Below are positions 19,648 to 30,350 of a DNA stretch of 64,000 bases, piece after piece; position 1 is the stretch's first letter; each line of letters opens with the position of its first letter. The DNA lies in the NCBI GenBank assembly GCA_022756575.1, contig JALBSH010000002.1:556-64555 (forward strand), read 5' to 3'. The DNA is from Lactobacillus mulieris. Its GTDB lineage: Bacteria > Bacillota > Bacilli > Lactobacillales > Lactobacillaceae. The position numbers were made by a program, and so were the translations under genes. The notes below the pieces were generated by a model. That model was given only the letters and a program-made list of their open reading frames with translations. It did not search any database and was not told where the DNA came from.

Positions 19648-21213
19648 ATGAAACTAGTTTTTTTACATACTAGCGATACGCATGGATTTTTATTACCAAC
19701 AGATTATCAAGATAAAAATGATTATGAAGCACCAATTAGTTTGAGTAGAGTTTCAACTGCTATTAAAAAGCAAAGAGAAAAATGGGGTGCAGATAATGTA
19801 GTAGTTACTGATGCAGGTGACTGTTTGCAAGGTTCACCATTGGCAAGTTTTTGTCATAAAGATAGTAGTTTCAAACGGCTCGATCAATTTACTGCTGCTT
19901 ATAATGAAATTGGATATGATGGTCGCTGCTTAGGAAATCATGATTTTAACTTTGGCTTGGATTATTTAAAGCACTATATTGAAAAAAATACAGCTAGTTT
20001 TGTAAATGATAATATTCTTGATGAAAATACAGATAATCCTGCTTTTGGTCAAGAATACAAAATTATTGAACGTCATGGGGTTAAAATCGGTTTATTAGGA
20101 ATTACAACCCAGTATGTTCCCCATTGGGAACCAGAAGAACATATTCAGGGGTTAAAGTTTGTCTCAGCTTTTGAGCAAATAAAGAAATTAGCACCTAAAT
20201 TGAAAAAAGACGTTGATATTTTAGCTGTAATGTATCATGGGGGCTTTGAAAGTGATCCCGTTACTGGAGTAGCTACTGAACCACATAATGGTGAAAACGA
20301 AGGCTACAAGATTTTAACAGAAGTTCCAGAAGTTGATGTGTTTTTGACTGGGCATCAACATCGTCGCTTGAACTTAGTGGTTAATAATACTGCCATCGTC
20401 CAACCAGGATATCGAGGCGAATGTGTTGCGCAAGTAGTAATTGATTTGGATAAAACTAGTGATGGTGTTAAGATTAACAATTTAGAAACTAGTTTAATTG
20501 AGACTAAAGATTATGAACCAGATTCAGAAATTGTAAAAGATATAACTGATGTTGACGAAAAAGCTCAAGCATGGCTTGATCAACCAATTGCTCATTTATC
20601 TGAGCCAGCACCAATTAAAAATGCTTTTGAAGGTAGAACTAAAGGAGCACCATTTATAAATCTGCTTCAACAAATGCAAATTTACTTTACTGGTGCTGAT
20701 ATTTCTGCAACTGCTGTTATGAGCGAAAAGGCACGTGGGTTTACCAATCAAACAGTAACTTTGAGAGAAGTTATTTTGAATTATCCATATGCTAATCAGC
20801 TTTGTAAGGTAAAACTAACTGGCAAGGAATTAAGGGAGATTTTAGAACATGCTGCTACTTTCCTTGAAAAAGATAACGAGGGAAATATTCATTTCATTGA
20901 TCGTTATATTAAGCCTAAGCCACAGTTGTATCATTTTGATGTCTTTTATCCATTACATTATGAAGTTGATTTATCTAAGCCACATGGGCAAAGAGTAGTA
21001 GAATTGACTTTATATGGAAAACCAATCGAAGATGAACATATTTATCATTTGGCAGTAAATAATTATCGGGCTATGGGTGGAGGTTTCTACCCTGCATATT
21101 CAATGGATAAAATTGAACTAATGCTTGATAAAGATTATGTACAAATGTTTACTGAATATCTGACTAGTGGCGAAGTTAAGGTAGATACTAAGCAATATTA
21201 CAAGTTTTATTAG
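19648..21213 (+). CDS. Bifunctional metallophosphatase/5'-nucleotidase (no signal peptide)
   Basis: Motifs TSDTHG, DAGD..QG, GNHDFN and GHQH, with a C-terminal 5'-nucleotidase domain. Confidence 0.92.
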   Translation: MKLVFLHTSDTHGFLLPTDYQDKNDYEAPISLSRVSTAIKKQREKWGADNVVVTDAGDCLQGSPLASFCHKDSSFKRLDQFTAAYNEIGYDGRCLGNHDFNFGLDYLKHYIEKNTASFVNDNILDENTDNPAFGQEYKIIERHGVKIGLLGITTQYVPHWEPEEHIQGLKFVSAFEQIKKLAPKLKKDVDILAVMYHGGFESDPVTGVATEPHNGENEGYKILTEVPEVDVFLTGHQHRRLNLVVNNTAIVQPGYRGECVAQVVIDLDKTSDGVKINNLETSLIETKDYEPDSEIVKDITDVDEKAQAWLDQPIAHLSEPAPIKNAFEGRTKGAPFINLLQQMQIYFTGADISATAVMSEKARGFTNQTVTLREVILNYPYANQLCKVKLTGKELREILEHAATFLEKDNEGNIHFIDRYIKPKPQLYHFDVFYPLHYEVDLSKPHGQRVVELTLYGKPIEDEHIYHLAVNNYRAMGGGFYPAYSMDKIELMLDKDYVQMFTEYLTSGEVKVDTKQYYKFY

Positions 21214-21215
21214 AT

Positions 21216-21248
21216 AAAAAGATCACTTCAAAAGGAAGTGGTCTTTTT
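21216..21248 (+). terminator. Terminator
   Basis: AAAAGATCACTTC-aaaag-GAAGTGGTCTTTTT. Confidence 0.8.
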
Positions 21249-21317
21249 AATTTTGAAATTGCTTACATGATATAATTAAACTGAAATGATGAGTGGGATT
21301 TTTTAAGGAGAAAGCTT

Positions 21318-21650
21318 ATGAAGAAAGTAACATCATTTTGCCAGAATCATCCATTTATTTCTCCAGTAATTGTATTTTGGAGTATAGTTTTCTTAATGTT
21401 TTTCGGACCCAAGATTTTAACCTCGATTAAATCAGCATATTTTAACTATCAAATTACTCAAGTGGTTTCAGAAAAGAAACCACAAGCCAAAGCACTGGAT
21501 ATGATGCAAGAAGATACAGAAAGCAAGGTTTATTATCAAACATATGAATATAAAGATAGGAAATATATCCTTGCTTGCTACAAGAAATCTGGAAGAAGAC
21601 ACTTTGATTGGTACAGTTTAAAAACTGGAAAGATTGAACATCTAAAGTAG
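21318..21650 (+). CDS. Hypothetical N-terminally anchored membrane protein
   Basis: RBS AAGGAG, extended -10 TGaTATAAT upstream, and one TM after FCQNHP. Confidence 0.75.
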   Translation: MKKVTSFCQNHPFISPVIVFWSIVFLMFFGPKILTSIKSAYFNYQITQVVSEKKPQAKALDMMQEDTESKVYYQTYEYKDRKYILACYKKSGRRHFDWYSLKTGKIEHLK

Positions 21651-21658
21651 GTATAACT

Positions 21659-22042
21659 ATGAAAAACTTTGGACAAAAGCACCCTTTGATGGTGTGGATT
21701 TTAACACTTTTATTCAATTTGCTGATTTTAGTTGGTATTTATTTAAGTTATTTGTCTTTTCAAGAAGAGCATGATACGAAGGTTGCCTATTCAGAAATTG
21801 AATTAGCTTTGAAAAAACAAAATATTAATACTCATGAAATAAAAGTTGCCCAGCCTTTTGTTAGGAATCAAAGGGCTTTTACCAATACTATCTGGTACAC
21901 ACTAGCCTTTACTTTCAAAGGTCAAAAATATGAAGCAACTTATCAAGAAGAACTTATTGATAAAATTATAACGAAAGATTGGGCAATTCGTTATAAACCA
22001 GAATATAGAGTAAAGATTGAAAAAGTTAAAGAGTTTCAATAA
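21659..22042 (+). CDS. Hypothetical N-terminally anchored membrane protein
   Basis: Follows the previous ORF by 8 nt; one TM after FGQKHP. Confidence 0.75.
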   Translation: MKNFGQKHPLMVWILTLLFNLLILVGIYLSYLSFQEEHDTKVAYSEIELALKKQNINTHEIKVAQPFVRNQRAFTNTIWYTLAFTFKGQKYEATYQEELIDKIITKDWAIRYKPEYRVKIEKVKEFQ

Positions 22043-22046
22043 AAAT

Positions 22047-22081
22047 AAAAGGAGACGTAACATTCTACGTCTCCTATTTTT
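22047..22081. terminator. Bidirectional terminator
   Basis: AGGAGACGTA-acattc-TACGTCTCCT flanked by A and T runs. Confidence 0.85.
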
Positions 22082-22092
22082 ATATTCAATAA

Positions 22093-22296
22093 TTATAACA
22101 TCTTACTGTACTTGGTTTTACCCTTGTATGATTTAGCTGCGATGAAAGGAATAATAACAGCAAATAACAAACCAAATACAATTCCTACACGAATTGCTTG
22201 CATTGGGTTAAATTGCGTTTCAGTTAATGCTGCAGCAATAAAACCAATGATTGACATAAAAATAGTACTCCAAATTACTGAAATAATGTAGCGCAT
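22093..22296 (-). CDS. YjzD/DUF2929 family small membrane protein
   Basis: MRYIISVIWS...IGFIAAAL. ATG 22296 follows AAGGAG. Divergent from dnaE, as usual in lactobacilli. Confidence 0.85.
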   Translation of the reverse strand: MRYIISVIWSTIFMSIIGFIAAALTETQFNPMQAIRVGIVFGLLFAVIIPFIAAKSYKGKTKYSKML

Positions 22297-22404
22297 AATC
22301 TCTCCTTCTTTCGCTTTGCATTTTATCAAATTTTGAAATTGTAAACAAGGAAATGAAACATAATACCAGTTTTTGGTATACTTAGAATAAATGAAAGGGG
22401 TCAC

Positions 22405-25400
22405 GTGATGCAAGTTTCTGGTTTACAAACGCTGAGTTCTTTTTCTCTGCTCAAAAGTCCAATTTTAATTGATGATTTGGTGAAAGATGCCGTAGATAAA
22501 GGATATAGTAGTTTAGCCTTAACTGATATAAATGTTACATATGGCTTAGTTGATTTTTATTTAGCTGCCAAAAAAGTTAACTTAAAACCTTTACTTGGAA
22601 TGACAATCAGACTTAATGGGATTGTTGACCAAGCGCATCGTTATGACTTAATTTCAATTGCTAAAAATAACCAAGGTTATAAAAATATATTACGTTTATC
22701 TAGTGCAATCAATCTAAAAACTGATAATGGCGATGAACGTAAAGTTTTAACCCTAAAGCAGTTAGCCAAATATTTAAGTGATCAAGTTTTTATTGTGCCA
22801 GCTAATATAACTAGTGAACTGCGCTATCTAGCTGAAAATAATGAAAAGTTGGGAAGTGATTTCATTCGTGAATTACAAAAAATAATTCCCAGCTCTAGTG
22901 ATTTATATTTAGGAGCCTATGCCGGTAAAAATCAGCCATATATTGATTATGCAAAAAGCATGGCTAAACAGTTTAATTTACCTCTAGCTGCAACTGAAGA
23001 TGTTCAATATTTGCAAGCTAGTGATCATTTTTTGGTAAAAACATTAAGAGCGATTGAACAAGGACAAAAATTAGTTGATACTTCTAGTTTGGCCTTGCAA
23101 AAGGGTTCTCATTATTTACGCACCAGTGGTGAATTAGTATCTGCGTATAATGAATGCAGTATTTTATCAGCTTTGCATAATGCAGCTAAAATAGCTGATG
23201 AATGTAAGGCGTCAGTAACTTTTACTCAACCAGAATTACCTAAATATAAGCAAAGTTTTGCCCCTGATTCTAAAATATATTTACGTCAGTTAGTTCAAAA
23301 AGGGCTTGCTAAGCGTTTTAATGGGCAACCAATCCCAGAAATTTATCAAAAAAGGCTAGATTATGAATTAAAAATTATTGATCAGATGGGCTTTGATGAC
23401 TACTTCTTAATTGTGTGGGATGTAATAAATTATGCCCATTCTGTTGATATTACTACTGGACCAGGTCGTGGCTCAGCAGCAGGTTCTTTAGTGGCGTATA
23501 GTTTGGCAATTACAGAAGTTGATCCTATAAAATATAATTTGCTTTTTGAAAGATTTTTAAATCCAGCTCGAGCTCAAATGCCAGATATCGACCTTGATAT
23601 CCCAGATAATCGTCGTGATGAAATCATTAAATACATGTTTGAAAAATATGGAATGGATCATGCGGCCCAGATATTGACTTTTGGGACTTTGGCTGCAAAA
23701 CAGGCTTTGCGTGATTGCGCCCGGGTATTTGGTTTAACAACAATTCAAGCTAGTAAATTTACCCATGCAATCCCGTTTTCCAAATCAAAAATCACCTTAG
23801 CACAGGCTTATCAAGAATCAAAAGCATTGCAATTGCTTGTTAATGCATCAGAACTTAATAAGTTATTATTTAAAACGGCTATGCGATTAGAAGGGATACC
23901 ACGCCATGCCTCCATTCACGCAGCAGGACTAGTAATTAGTGACAAATCTATTGCGCAAATAGCAGGATTGCAAGCAGGAACATTGGGGATTCCTGTGACC
24001 CAACAAACAAAAGCCCACGTTGAGGAACTAGGCTTATTAAAAATTGATTTTTTGGGATTAAGAAATTTAACTATTTTAGGTGATACGATAGAATTGCTAG
24101 CAAAAGATGGCATAAAATTAGACCCTAAAAGGATCCCTCTTGATGATATTAAGACCTTACAATTGTTTCAAAAGGGGAAGACTGATGCTGTGTTTCAATT
24201 TGAATCACAAGGAATTAAAAATGTTCTAAGGCGATTGCATCCTGATAGTTTTGAAGATGTTGTAGCCGTTAACGCCTTATATCGGCCAGGACCAATTCAA
24301 AATATTGATCATTTTATTAATCGAAAACAAGGTAAAGAGCCAATCACTTATCCCGATTCATCTTTAGCGAAACTTTTACAACCAACTTATGGAATTTTGG
24401 TTTATCAAGAACAAGTTATGCAGACTGCACAAATTATGGCTGGTTTTAGCTTGGGTGAGGCGGATTTATTGCGTAGAGCCATGTCTAAGAAAAAGCAAGA
24501 TTTAATTGATCAAGAACGCGAAAAATTTATTGCTGGAGCAGTTAAAAATGGCCATCCACAAGCTACTGCTAGCAAAGTTTATGCATATATTGAACAGTTT
24601 GCTAACTATGGTTTTAATCGTTCACATGCGGTAGCTTATTCCAAAATTGCTTTTTGGCTTGCTTATTTAAAAGTTCATTATCCAGCTGCATTCTTTACTG
24701 CATTATTAAATTCTGTTAGTGCTAATCGAGTAAAAGCTGGTGAATATATCACTCAGGCTCAAGAAGCTGGTGTAAAAATCTTGGCCCCAGATATTAATAA
24801 TAGTCAGACTGACTATTATTTGGTAAATGGTCAAATTCAGGTTGGCCTTAAAGCAATTAAGGGTCTGAGAGTTGATTTTTTAAGAAATATTGCTGGTTTG
24901 CCGAAAAACTTTACCTCTTTAGCCGATTTTTTAAGAAAAATAGATGCTAAATTTCTTTCTGAACAAGCGATTGCAGCCATGATTAAGGCAGGTTGCTTTG
25001 ACAAAATTGATGAAAATCGAAAAATGTTATTGGCTAACTGCAAAGAAATAGTAGAAAATATTAAGTTTACTGGTCAAAATGAAACTTTATCTGAAGGATT
25101 AGGTGGAATTCGTTTAGAGCAAGCACCAGCCCCTAATTCAAATGAAAAGGCCACAATGGAAGAAGAAGTGTTAGGTTTTTCAACAACCAAAACTCCAATT
25201 TTAGTTGTTCAAAAATACGCCGAACGATTCAATGCTCAAGCTTTAAATTCTTTTACAGTTAATGAAACGGGAATTGCAGTTGGTAAATTAATTAAATTGA
25301 AATTAATTAGAACTAAAAAAGGCGATACAATGGCTTTTTCAACTTTTAGGGATGCAAGCAGTGAACAAGAAATTACAATTTTCCCAGGAATTTACAATAA

Positions 25401-25527
25401 TATTTCAAATATCTTGAAAGAGGGACAAATATATCTTTTGGGAATTAGAACTCAAAGTGATCGCTATGATGCTGGAAAAGTTCAATATATGTTGACCAAT
25501 TTGAAACTTGTCAATTTTACTGAATAA
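22405..25527 (+). CDS. dnaE: DNA polymerase III alpha subunit
   Basis: Motifs GPGRGSAAGS, MPDIDLD, GLLKIDFLGL and YGFNRSH, with a C-terminal OB fold. Confidence 0.98.
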   Translation: MMQVSGLQTLSSFSLLKSPILIDDLVKDAVDKGYSSLALTDINVTYGLVDFYLAAKKVNLKPLLGMTIRLNGIVDQAHRYDLISIAKNNQGYKNILRLSSAINLKTDNGDERKVLTLKQLAKYLSDQVFIVPANITSELRYLAENNEKLGSDFIRELQKIIPSSSDLYLGAYAGKNQPYIDYAKSMAKQFNLPLAATEDVQYLQASDHFLVKTLRAIEQGQKLVDTSSLALQKGSHYLRTSGELVSAYNECSILSALHNAAKIADECKASVTFTQPELPKYKQSFAPDSKIYLRQLVQKGLAKRFNGQPIPEIYQKRLDYELKIIDQMGFDDYFLIVWDVINYAHSVDITTGPGRGSAAGSLVAYSLAITEVDPIKYNLLFERFLNPARAQMPDIDLDIPDNRRDEIIKYMFEKYGMDHAAQILTFGTLAAKQALRDCARVFGLTTIQASKFTHAIPFSKSKITLAQAYQESKALQLLVNASELNKLLFKTAMRLEGIPRHASIHAAGLVISDKSIAQIAGLQAGTLGIPVTQQTKAHVEELGLLKIDFLGLRNLTILGDTIELLAKDGIKLDPKRIPLDDIKTLQLFQKGKTDAVFQFESQGIKNVLRRLHPDSFEDVVAVNALYRPGPIQNIDHFINRKQGKEPITYPDSSLAKLLQPTYGILVYQEQVMQTAQIMAGFSLGEADLLRRAMSKKKQDLIDQEREKFIAGAVKNGHPQATASKVYAYIEQFANYGFNRSHAVAYSKIAFWLAYLKVHYPAAFFTALLNSVSANRVKAGEYITQAQEAGVKILAPDINNSQTDYYLVNGQIQVGLKAIKGLRVDFLRNIAGLPKNFTSLADFLRKIDAKFLSEQAIAAMIKAGCFDKIDENRKMLLANCKEIVENIKFTGQNETLSEGLGGIRLEQAPAPNSNEKATMEEEVLGFSTTKTPILVVQKYAERFNAQALNSFTVNETGIAVGKLIKLKLIRTKKGDTMAFSTFRDASSEQEITIFPGIYNNISNILKEGQIYLLGIRTQSDRYDAGKVQYMLTNLKLVNFTE

Positions 25528-25560
25528 AAACAAATTCAAAGAATCACAATCTAGCGGCAA

Positions 25561-25574
25561 TGGTAACGCTAACA
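25561..25574 (+). promoter_or_regulatory. cre (CcpA) site upstream of pfkA-pyk
   Basis: TGGTAACGCTAACA; CcpA control of pfk-pyk is established in lactic acid bacteria. Confidence 0.7.
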
Positions 25575-25694
25575 AAATAAAAAAAGCAACAGAATAGTAA
25601 TTTAGCCCATTTTTTTAAAGACTTTGAGAGAAAAAAATGGTAGTATTTAATTGATGTGAGAAATTACACATAATAATCATGATGGGGTGAATTC

Positions 25695-26654
25695 ATGAAA
25701 CGGATTGGTATTTTAACAAGTGGTGGGGATGCCCCTGGTATGAACGCTGCTGTTCGTGCGGTTGCTAGAACTGCGATGGCTAATGGCATCGAAGTATTCG
25801 GTATTCGCTACGGATTTGCAGGGTTAGTTGCTGGTGACATCTTCCCAATGACATCTGATTCAGTTGCCAATATCTTAACTCGTGGTGGTACTTTCCTTTA
25901 CACAGCTCGTTATCCGGAGTTTGCGCAAGAAGAAGGTCAATTACGTGGTATTGAACAATTGAAGAAGCATGGTATTGAAGCATTAGTAGTTATTGGTGGA
26001 GATGGTTCTTACCATGGTGCTTTGGCTTTGACTAAGAGAGGATTTAACTCTATTGGTCTTCCAGGTACTATTGATAATGATATTCCATTCACTGATTTAA
26101 CTATTGGTTTTGATACTGCCTGCACTACAGCAGCTGATGCAATTGATAAAATCAGAGATACTGCAAGCAGTCACCAACGTGTATTCGTAATTAATGTTAT
26201 GGGTCGTGATTGTGGTGATATTGCCATGCGTGTTGGTGTGGCAAGCGGTGCTGATGCTATCGTTATTCCAGAAAAGCCATATGACATTGAAGCTATTGCT
26301 AACAAGCTTAAAAAGAGCTTTGCTAATGGTAAGGATCACGGTATTGTCATTGTTGCAGAAGGCGTAATGTCTTCAGAAGACTTCTTGAAGGAACTTCTCA
26401 AGTATGGTGACTTTGATGCTCGTACTGAAGTTTTAGGTCACATGCAACGTGGTGGTGAACCTACTGTTAGTGATCGTGTTTTAGCAAGTAAAATGGGTTC
26501 ATATGCTGTTAAGCTTCTTATGGAAGGAAAAGGTGGCTTAGCTGTAGGTATTGAAGACAATCACTTGTGTACTCATGACATCGTTGATTTATTTGATTCA
26601 CGCCATGTTGGTGATTACTCATTGCTTGCAATGAATGATGATTTGTCACGGTAA
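25695..26654 (+). CDS. pfkA: 6-phosphofructokinase
   Basis: Motifs [21 protein letters not shown] and MGR. Confidence 0.98.
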   Translation: MKRIGILTSGGDAPGMNAAVRAVARTAMANGIEVFGIRYGFAGLVAGDIFPMTSDSVANILTRGGTFLYTARYPEFAQEEGQLRGIEQLKKHGIEALVVIGGDGSYHGALALTKRGFNSIGLPGTIDNDIPFTDLTIGFDTACTTAADAIDKIRDTASSHQRVFVINVMGRDCGDIAMRVGVASGADAIVIPEKPYDIEAIANKLKKSFANGKDHGIVIVAEGVMSSEDFLKELLKYGDFDARTEVLGHMQRGGEPTVSDRVLASKMGSYAVKLLMEGKGGLAVGIEDNHLCTHDIVDLFDSRHVGDYSLLAMNDDLSR

Positions 26655-26685
26655 ATTTTGTTTTTGTAATAGGAGAGTTTTTTAA

Positions 26686-28455
26686 ATGAAGAAAACTAAG
26701 ATTGTTAGTACTTTAGGTCCTGCATCAAACGATTTAGAAACTATTATTAAGTTAATTGAAGCAGGTGCAAATGTCTTCCGTTTCAACTTCTCACACGGTG
26801 ATCACGAAGAACACCTTTCACGTATGAAGTTGGTTAGAGAAGCTGAAAAGAAGACCGGCAAGTTAGTTGGTATTATGCTTGACACCAAGGGTGCTGAAAT
26901 CAGAACTACCGAACAAGAAGAAGGCAAGTTCACTATTCACACTGGTGAAACTATGCGTATTTCTATGGATGCTACCAAGAAGGGTAACAAGGACAAGATT
27001 TACGTAACTTACCCAGGTCTTTACGATGACACTCACGTAGGTGGTCACGTATTAATCGATGATGGTAAGGTTGACTTATTAATCACTGAAAAAGATGAAG
27101 CAAACAAGGAATTAGTAACCAAGGCTCAAAACACTGGTTTAATTGGTTCTAAGAAGGGTGTTAACGCACCAGGTGTTGAAATCCGTCTCCCAGGTATTAC
27201 TGAAAAGGATACTGATGACATTAACTTCGGTTTACAACACGGCATTAACTTTATTTCTGCTTCATTTGTACGTAAGGCTCAAGACGTTTTAGATATTCGT
27301 CAATTATGTGAAAACGCTGGCCAAGACCACGTTAAGATCTTCCCTAAGATTGAATCACAAGAAGGTATCGACAACATTGATTCAATCCTTCAAGTTTCTG
27401 ATGGTTTAATGGTAGCTCGTGGTGACATGGGTGTTGAAATCCCATTCATGAACGTACCATTTGTACAAAAGACTTTGATCAAGAAGGCAAATGCATTAGG
27501 TAAGCCAGTTATTACTGCTACTCAAATGCTTGACTCAATGCAAGAAAACCCACGTCCAACTCGTGCCGAAGTAACTGACGTTGCTAACGCTGTTTTGGAT
27601 GGTACTGATGCAACTATGCTTTCAGGTGAATCAGCAAACGGTTTATACCCTGTACAATCAGTACAAGCAATGCACGACATTGATGTACGTACTGAAAAGC
27701 AAATTGCACAACGTAACACTTTGGCACTTCAAAGATTTGAAGAATACCAAGGTTCAAATGTAACTGAAGCTATCGGTGAATCAGTTGTTAGAACTGCTGA
27801 AGAATTAGGTGTAAAGACTATCATTACTGCAACTCAATCAGGTTACACTGCAAGAATGATTTCTAAGTACCGTCCAAATGCAGACATCGTTGCATTGACT
27901 TTCGATGAAAAGATTCAACACTCACTTGGTATTGTTTGGGGTGTTCAACCACTTCTTACTGAAAAGCCAACTTCAACTGATGATATGTTTGAAAAGGCAG
28001 CTAAGATTGCTAAGGAAAACGGCTTCGTTAAGGATGGCGATTTAGTAATTATCGTTGCTGGTGTTCCGGTTGGTGAATCTGGTACTACTAACTTGATGAA
28101 GCTTGAACTTATCGGTTCAAAGCTTGTTAAGGGTCTTGGTGTAGGTACTGGTTCAGTTATCGGTAAGGCTGTTGTAGCAAACAGTGCTGATGAAGCAAAC
28201 AACAAGGTAGAAGATGGTGACATTTTAGTTGCTAAGACTACTGACAAGGATTACTTACCCGCAATCAAGAAGGCAAGTGGTTTAGTAGTTGAAGCTTCTG
28301 GTTTAACTTCACATGCTGCTGTTGTTGGTCTTTCATTAGGTATCCCAGTTATCGTTGGTGCTACTGACGCAACTGACAAGATTGCTGACAACACTACTAT
28401 TACTATTGATGCTCGTCGTGGTGCTGTATACCAAGGTGAAGCAGCTAACTTATAA
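26686..28455 (+). CDS. pyk: Pyruvate kinase with C-terminal PEP-utiliser domain
   Basis: Motifs NFSHG, DTKG.EIRT, MVARGDMGVE and TQMLDSM, plus GLTSHAA. Confidence 0.98.
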   Translation: MKKTKIVSTLGPASNDLETIIKLIEAGANVFRFNFSHGDHEEHLSRMKLVREAEKKTGKLVGIMLDTKGAEIRTTEQEEGKFTIHTGETMRISMDATKKGNKDKIYVTYPGLYDDTHVGGHVLIDDGKVDLLITEKDEANKELVTKAQNTGLIGSKKGVNAPGVEIRLPGITEKDTDDINFGLQHGINFISASFVRKAQDVLDIRQLCENAGQDHVKIFPKIESQEGIDNIDSILQVSDGLMVARGDMGVEIPFMNVPFVQKTLIKKANALGKPVITATQMLDSMQENPRPTRAEVTDVANAVLDGTDATMLSGESANGLYPVQSVQAMHDIDVRTEKQIAQRNTLALQRFEEYQGSNVTEAIGESVVRTAEELGVKTIITATQSGYTARMISKYRPNADIVALTFDEKIQHSLGIVWGVQPLLTEKPTSTDDMFEKAAKIAKENGFVKDGDLVIIVAGVPVGESGTTNLMKLELIGSKLVKGLGVGTGSVIGKAVVANSADEANNKVEDGDILVAKTTDKDYLPAIKKASGLVVEASGLTSHAAVVGLSLGIPVIVGATDATDKIADNTTITIDARRGAVYQGEAANL

Positions 28456-28471
28456 TAGCTAGTTAAATATA

Positions 28472-28513
28472 AAAATAAAAGTAGTCTGATTTTTCAGACT
28501 GCTTTTATTTTTT
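28472..28513 (+). terminator. pfkA-pyk terminator
   Basis: AAAATAAAAGTAGTCTGA-tttt-TCAGACTGCTTTTATTTT. Confidence 0.85.
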
Positions 28514-28580
28514 GCCTAAATTCTTTATACTATAGAATTAGATTATGTAAAATAAATATATTTAAGAAAGGAGGCCTCGC

Positions 28581-29459
28581 ATGCTAGGGACAATTCAAAA
28601 AGGAAAAGTTATTGATAAAAATGACGAGGCATATTATGTTCAGGTAAATGGGGTGACTTATGAGCTCAATAAGCTAGAAGTTACTCAAGAGCAAATGCCC
28701 CAATTAGGTGATATTGTTCAAGGCTTTATTTATGATAATAAAAATCATAAAAAACAAATGACTCAGTTTTATCCTTTTGCAATGCCAGATCAATATGGAT
28801 GGAGTAAAGTTACTGAAGTTAGACGTGATTTAGGAGTCTTTGTGGATATTGGTTTGCCAGATAAAGATGTAGTTATTTCTTTGGATGATTTACCTCTTGA
28901 TAAGGCGAAATGGCCAAGAATTGGAGATCGCTTGTTAGTTACTTTAGAAACCGACCATAAAGATCGTATTTGGGCAAAAATGGCCGATGAAAATGTTTTT
29001 GAACAACTTTCAAGCAAATTTCCTCAAAATATGAAAAATAAAAACTTGTTAGTTACTGTTTATGCGACGCGTCCAGTAGGAGATTTTGTTTTAACAAGCG
29101 ATTTTTATTTAGGCTTTATCCATGAAAGCGAAATGATGACCCCACTTAGATTAGGGGAACAAATTAAGGCTAGAGTTGTAGGAATTAGTAAATATGGCCG
29201 TTTAAATTTGAGTGTATTACCAAGAGCATTTGAAGAAATTGATGAAGATAGTCAGATGATTTTGATGTCACTTAGACGTGAAGCAAGCAAATCTTTGCCA
29301 TTTTACGATAAAAGTGATGCGCAAGATATAAAAAATCATTTTGGTATTTCTAAATCAGCTTTTAAGAGAGCAATTGGTAGATTGCTAAAGCAAGGCTTGA
29401 TTGTTGAAGATAAAGATGCTGGTAAAATTACTTTGGTAGATAAAAATGAAGAAGAATAA
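28581..29459 (+). CDS. cvfB: S1-domain RNA-binding protein (CvfB/YitL family)
   Basis: LGVFVDIGLPDKD and a winged-helix tail FGISKSAFKRAIGRL. Confidence 0.88.
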   Translation: MLGTIQKGKVIDKNDEAYYVQVNGVTYELNKLEVTQEQMPQLGDIVQGFIYDNKNHKKQMTQFYPFAMPDQYGWSKVTEVRRDLGVFVDIGLPDKDVVISLDDLPLDKAKWPRIGDRLLVTLETDHKDRIWAKMADENVFEQLSSKFPQNMKNKNLLVTVYATRPVGDFVLTSDFYLGFIHESEMMTPLRLGEQIKARVVGISKYGRLNLSVLPRAFEEIDEDSQMILMSLRREASKSLPFYDKSDAQDIKNHFGISKSAFKRAIGRLLKQGLIVEDKDAGKITLVDKNEEE

Positions 29460-30348
29460 TCTTGATCAAGTTGCTGATTTCTTGAGATTTTGCAGTTTGG
29501 AGCGGGGCTTGAGTAAGAATACAGTTGATTCATATCAATTGGATTTAAACCAATTTATTGAATATTTAGATAAAGAAAAAATTACTGATTGGCCAGAAGA
29601 TCCATTGATAATCGATTCTTATCTAGCTAAACAGCGTGATGAAGGAAAAAAGACTAGTACAATTAGTCGTGGCATAACTACTTTGCGACGGTTTTATCGC
29701 TATTTGTTGCGACAACATATTTTGGTAGTTGATCCTTTAATTCAAATTGATACTCCTAAGCAAGAAAAAAGACTACCACTTGCTCTTTCACAAAAGGAAG
29801 TAGAACAGCTGCTAGCTCAACCTGATATCAAAACTACAACTGGATTGCGTGATCGGGCAATTTTGGAATTACTGTATGCTACTGGCATGCGGGTCAGCGA
29901 ATTAATTAATTTAAAAGAAGCGGACTTGCATACTGATTTAAAGATAATTAGGGTTTTGGGGAAAGGCTCAAAAGAGCGGTTGGTTCCTGTGACTGACTTT
30001 GCTTTAAATTGGCTTGATAAGTATTTAAAAAATGTAAGAGATCCAGCATTGCTCAAAAAGGGTGTTGCGTGTGACTTTTTATTTTTAAATAATAGAGCCG
30101 GACAGTTAACAAGACAAGCAGTTTGGCAGTCAATTAAGAAATATAGTAAATTGGCTAAGATTGACAAAGATATTACGCCGCATACTTTGAGGCATACTTT
30201 CGCGACTCATCTACTTGAAAACGGAGCAGATTTGCGAGTTGTGCAAGAAATATTGGGTCACAGTGACATTAGTACAACTCAGATTTATACTAATTTATCA
30301 CAAAAGCATATTTTTGATGTTTATCAGAAAACACATCCTAGAGCATAA
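29446..30348 (+). CDS. xerD: Site-specific tyrosine recombinase XerD
   Basis: Motifs LYATGMRVSE, GKGSKER, HTLRH.FATHLL and LGHSDISTTQIY; core position before scpAB. Confidence 0.93.
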   Translation: MKKNNLDQVADFLRFCSLERGLSKNTVDSYQLDLNQFIEYLDKEKITDWPEDPLIIDSYLAKQRDEGKKTSTISRGITTLRRFYRYLLRQHILVVDPLIQIDTPKQEKRLPLALSQKEVEQLLAQPDIKTTTGLRDRAILELLYATGMRVSELINLKEADLHTDLKIIRVLGKGSKERLVPVTDFALNWLDKYLKNVRDPALLKKGVACDFLFLNNRAGQLTRQAVWQSIKKYSKLAKIDKDITPHTLRHTFATHLLENGADLRVVQEILGHSDISTTQIYTNLSQKHIFDVYQKTHPRA

Positions 30349-30350
30349 TT

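Noticed and set aside
22405..23200. Degenerate PHP metal ligands in DnaE
   Set aside because: Typical of DnaE in PolC-containing Firmicutes.
28100..28455. Extra C-terminal domain on pyruvate kinase
   Set aside because: Well known PEP-utiliser extension in Bacilli and lactobacilli.
28527..28553. True chromosomal dif site
   Set aside because: 5-nt spacer, poor left arm and no switch in gene orientation across it; kept only as a possible half-site.
29446..30348. Prophage or ICE integrase
   Set aside because: Core xerD in the cvfB-xerD-scpAB operon; no att sites or phage genes.
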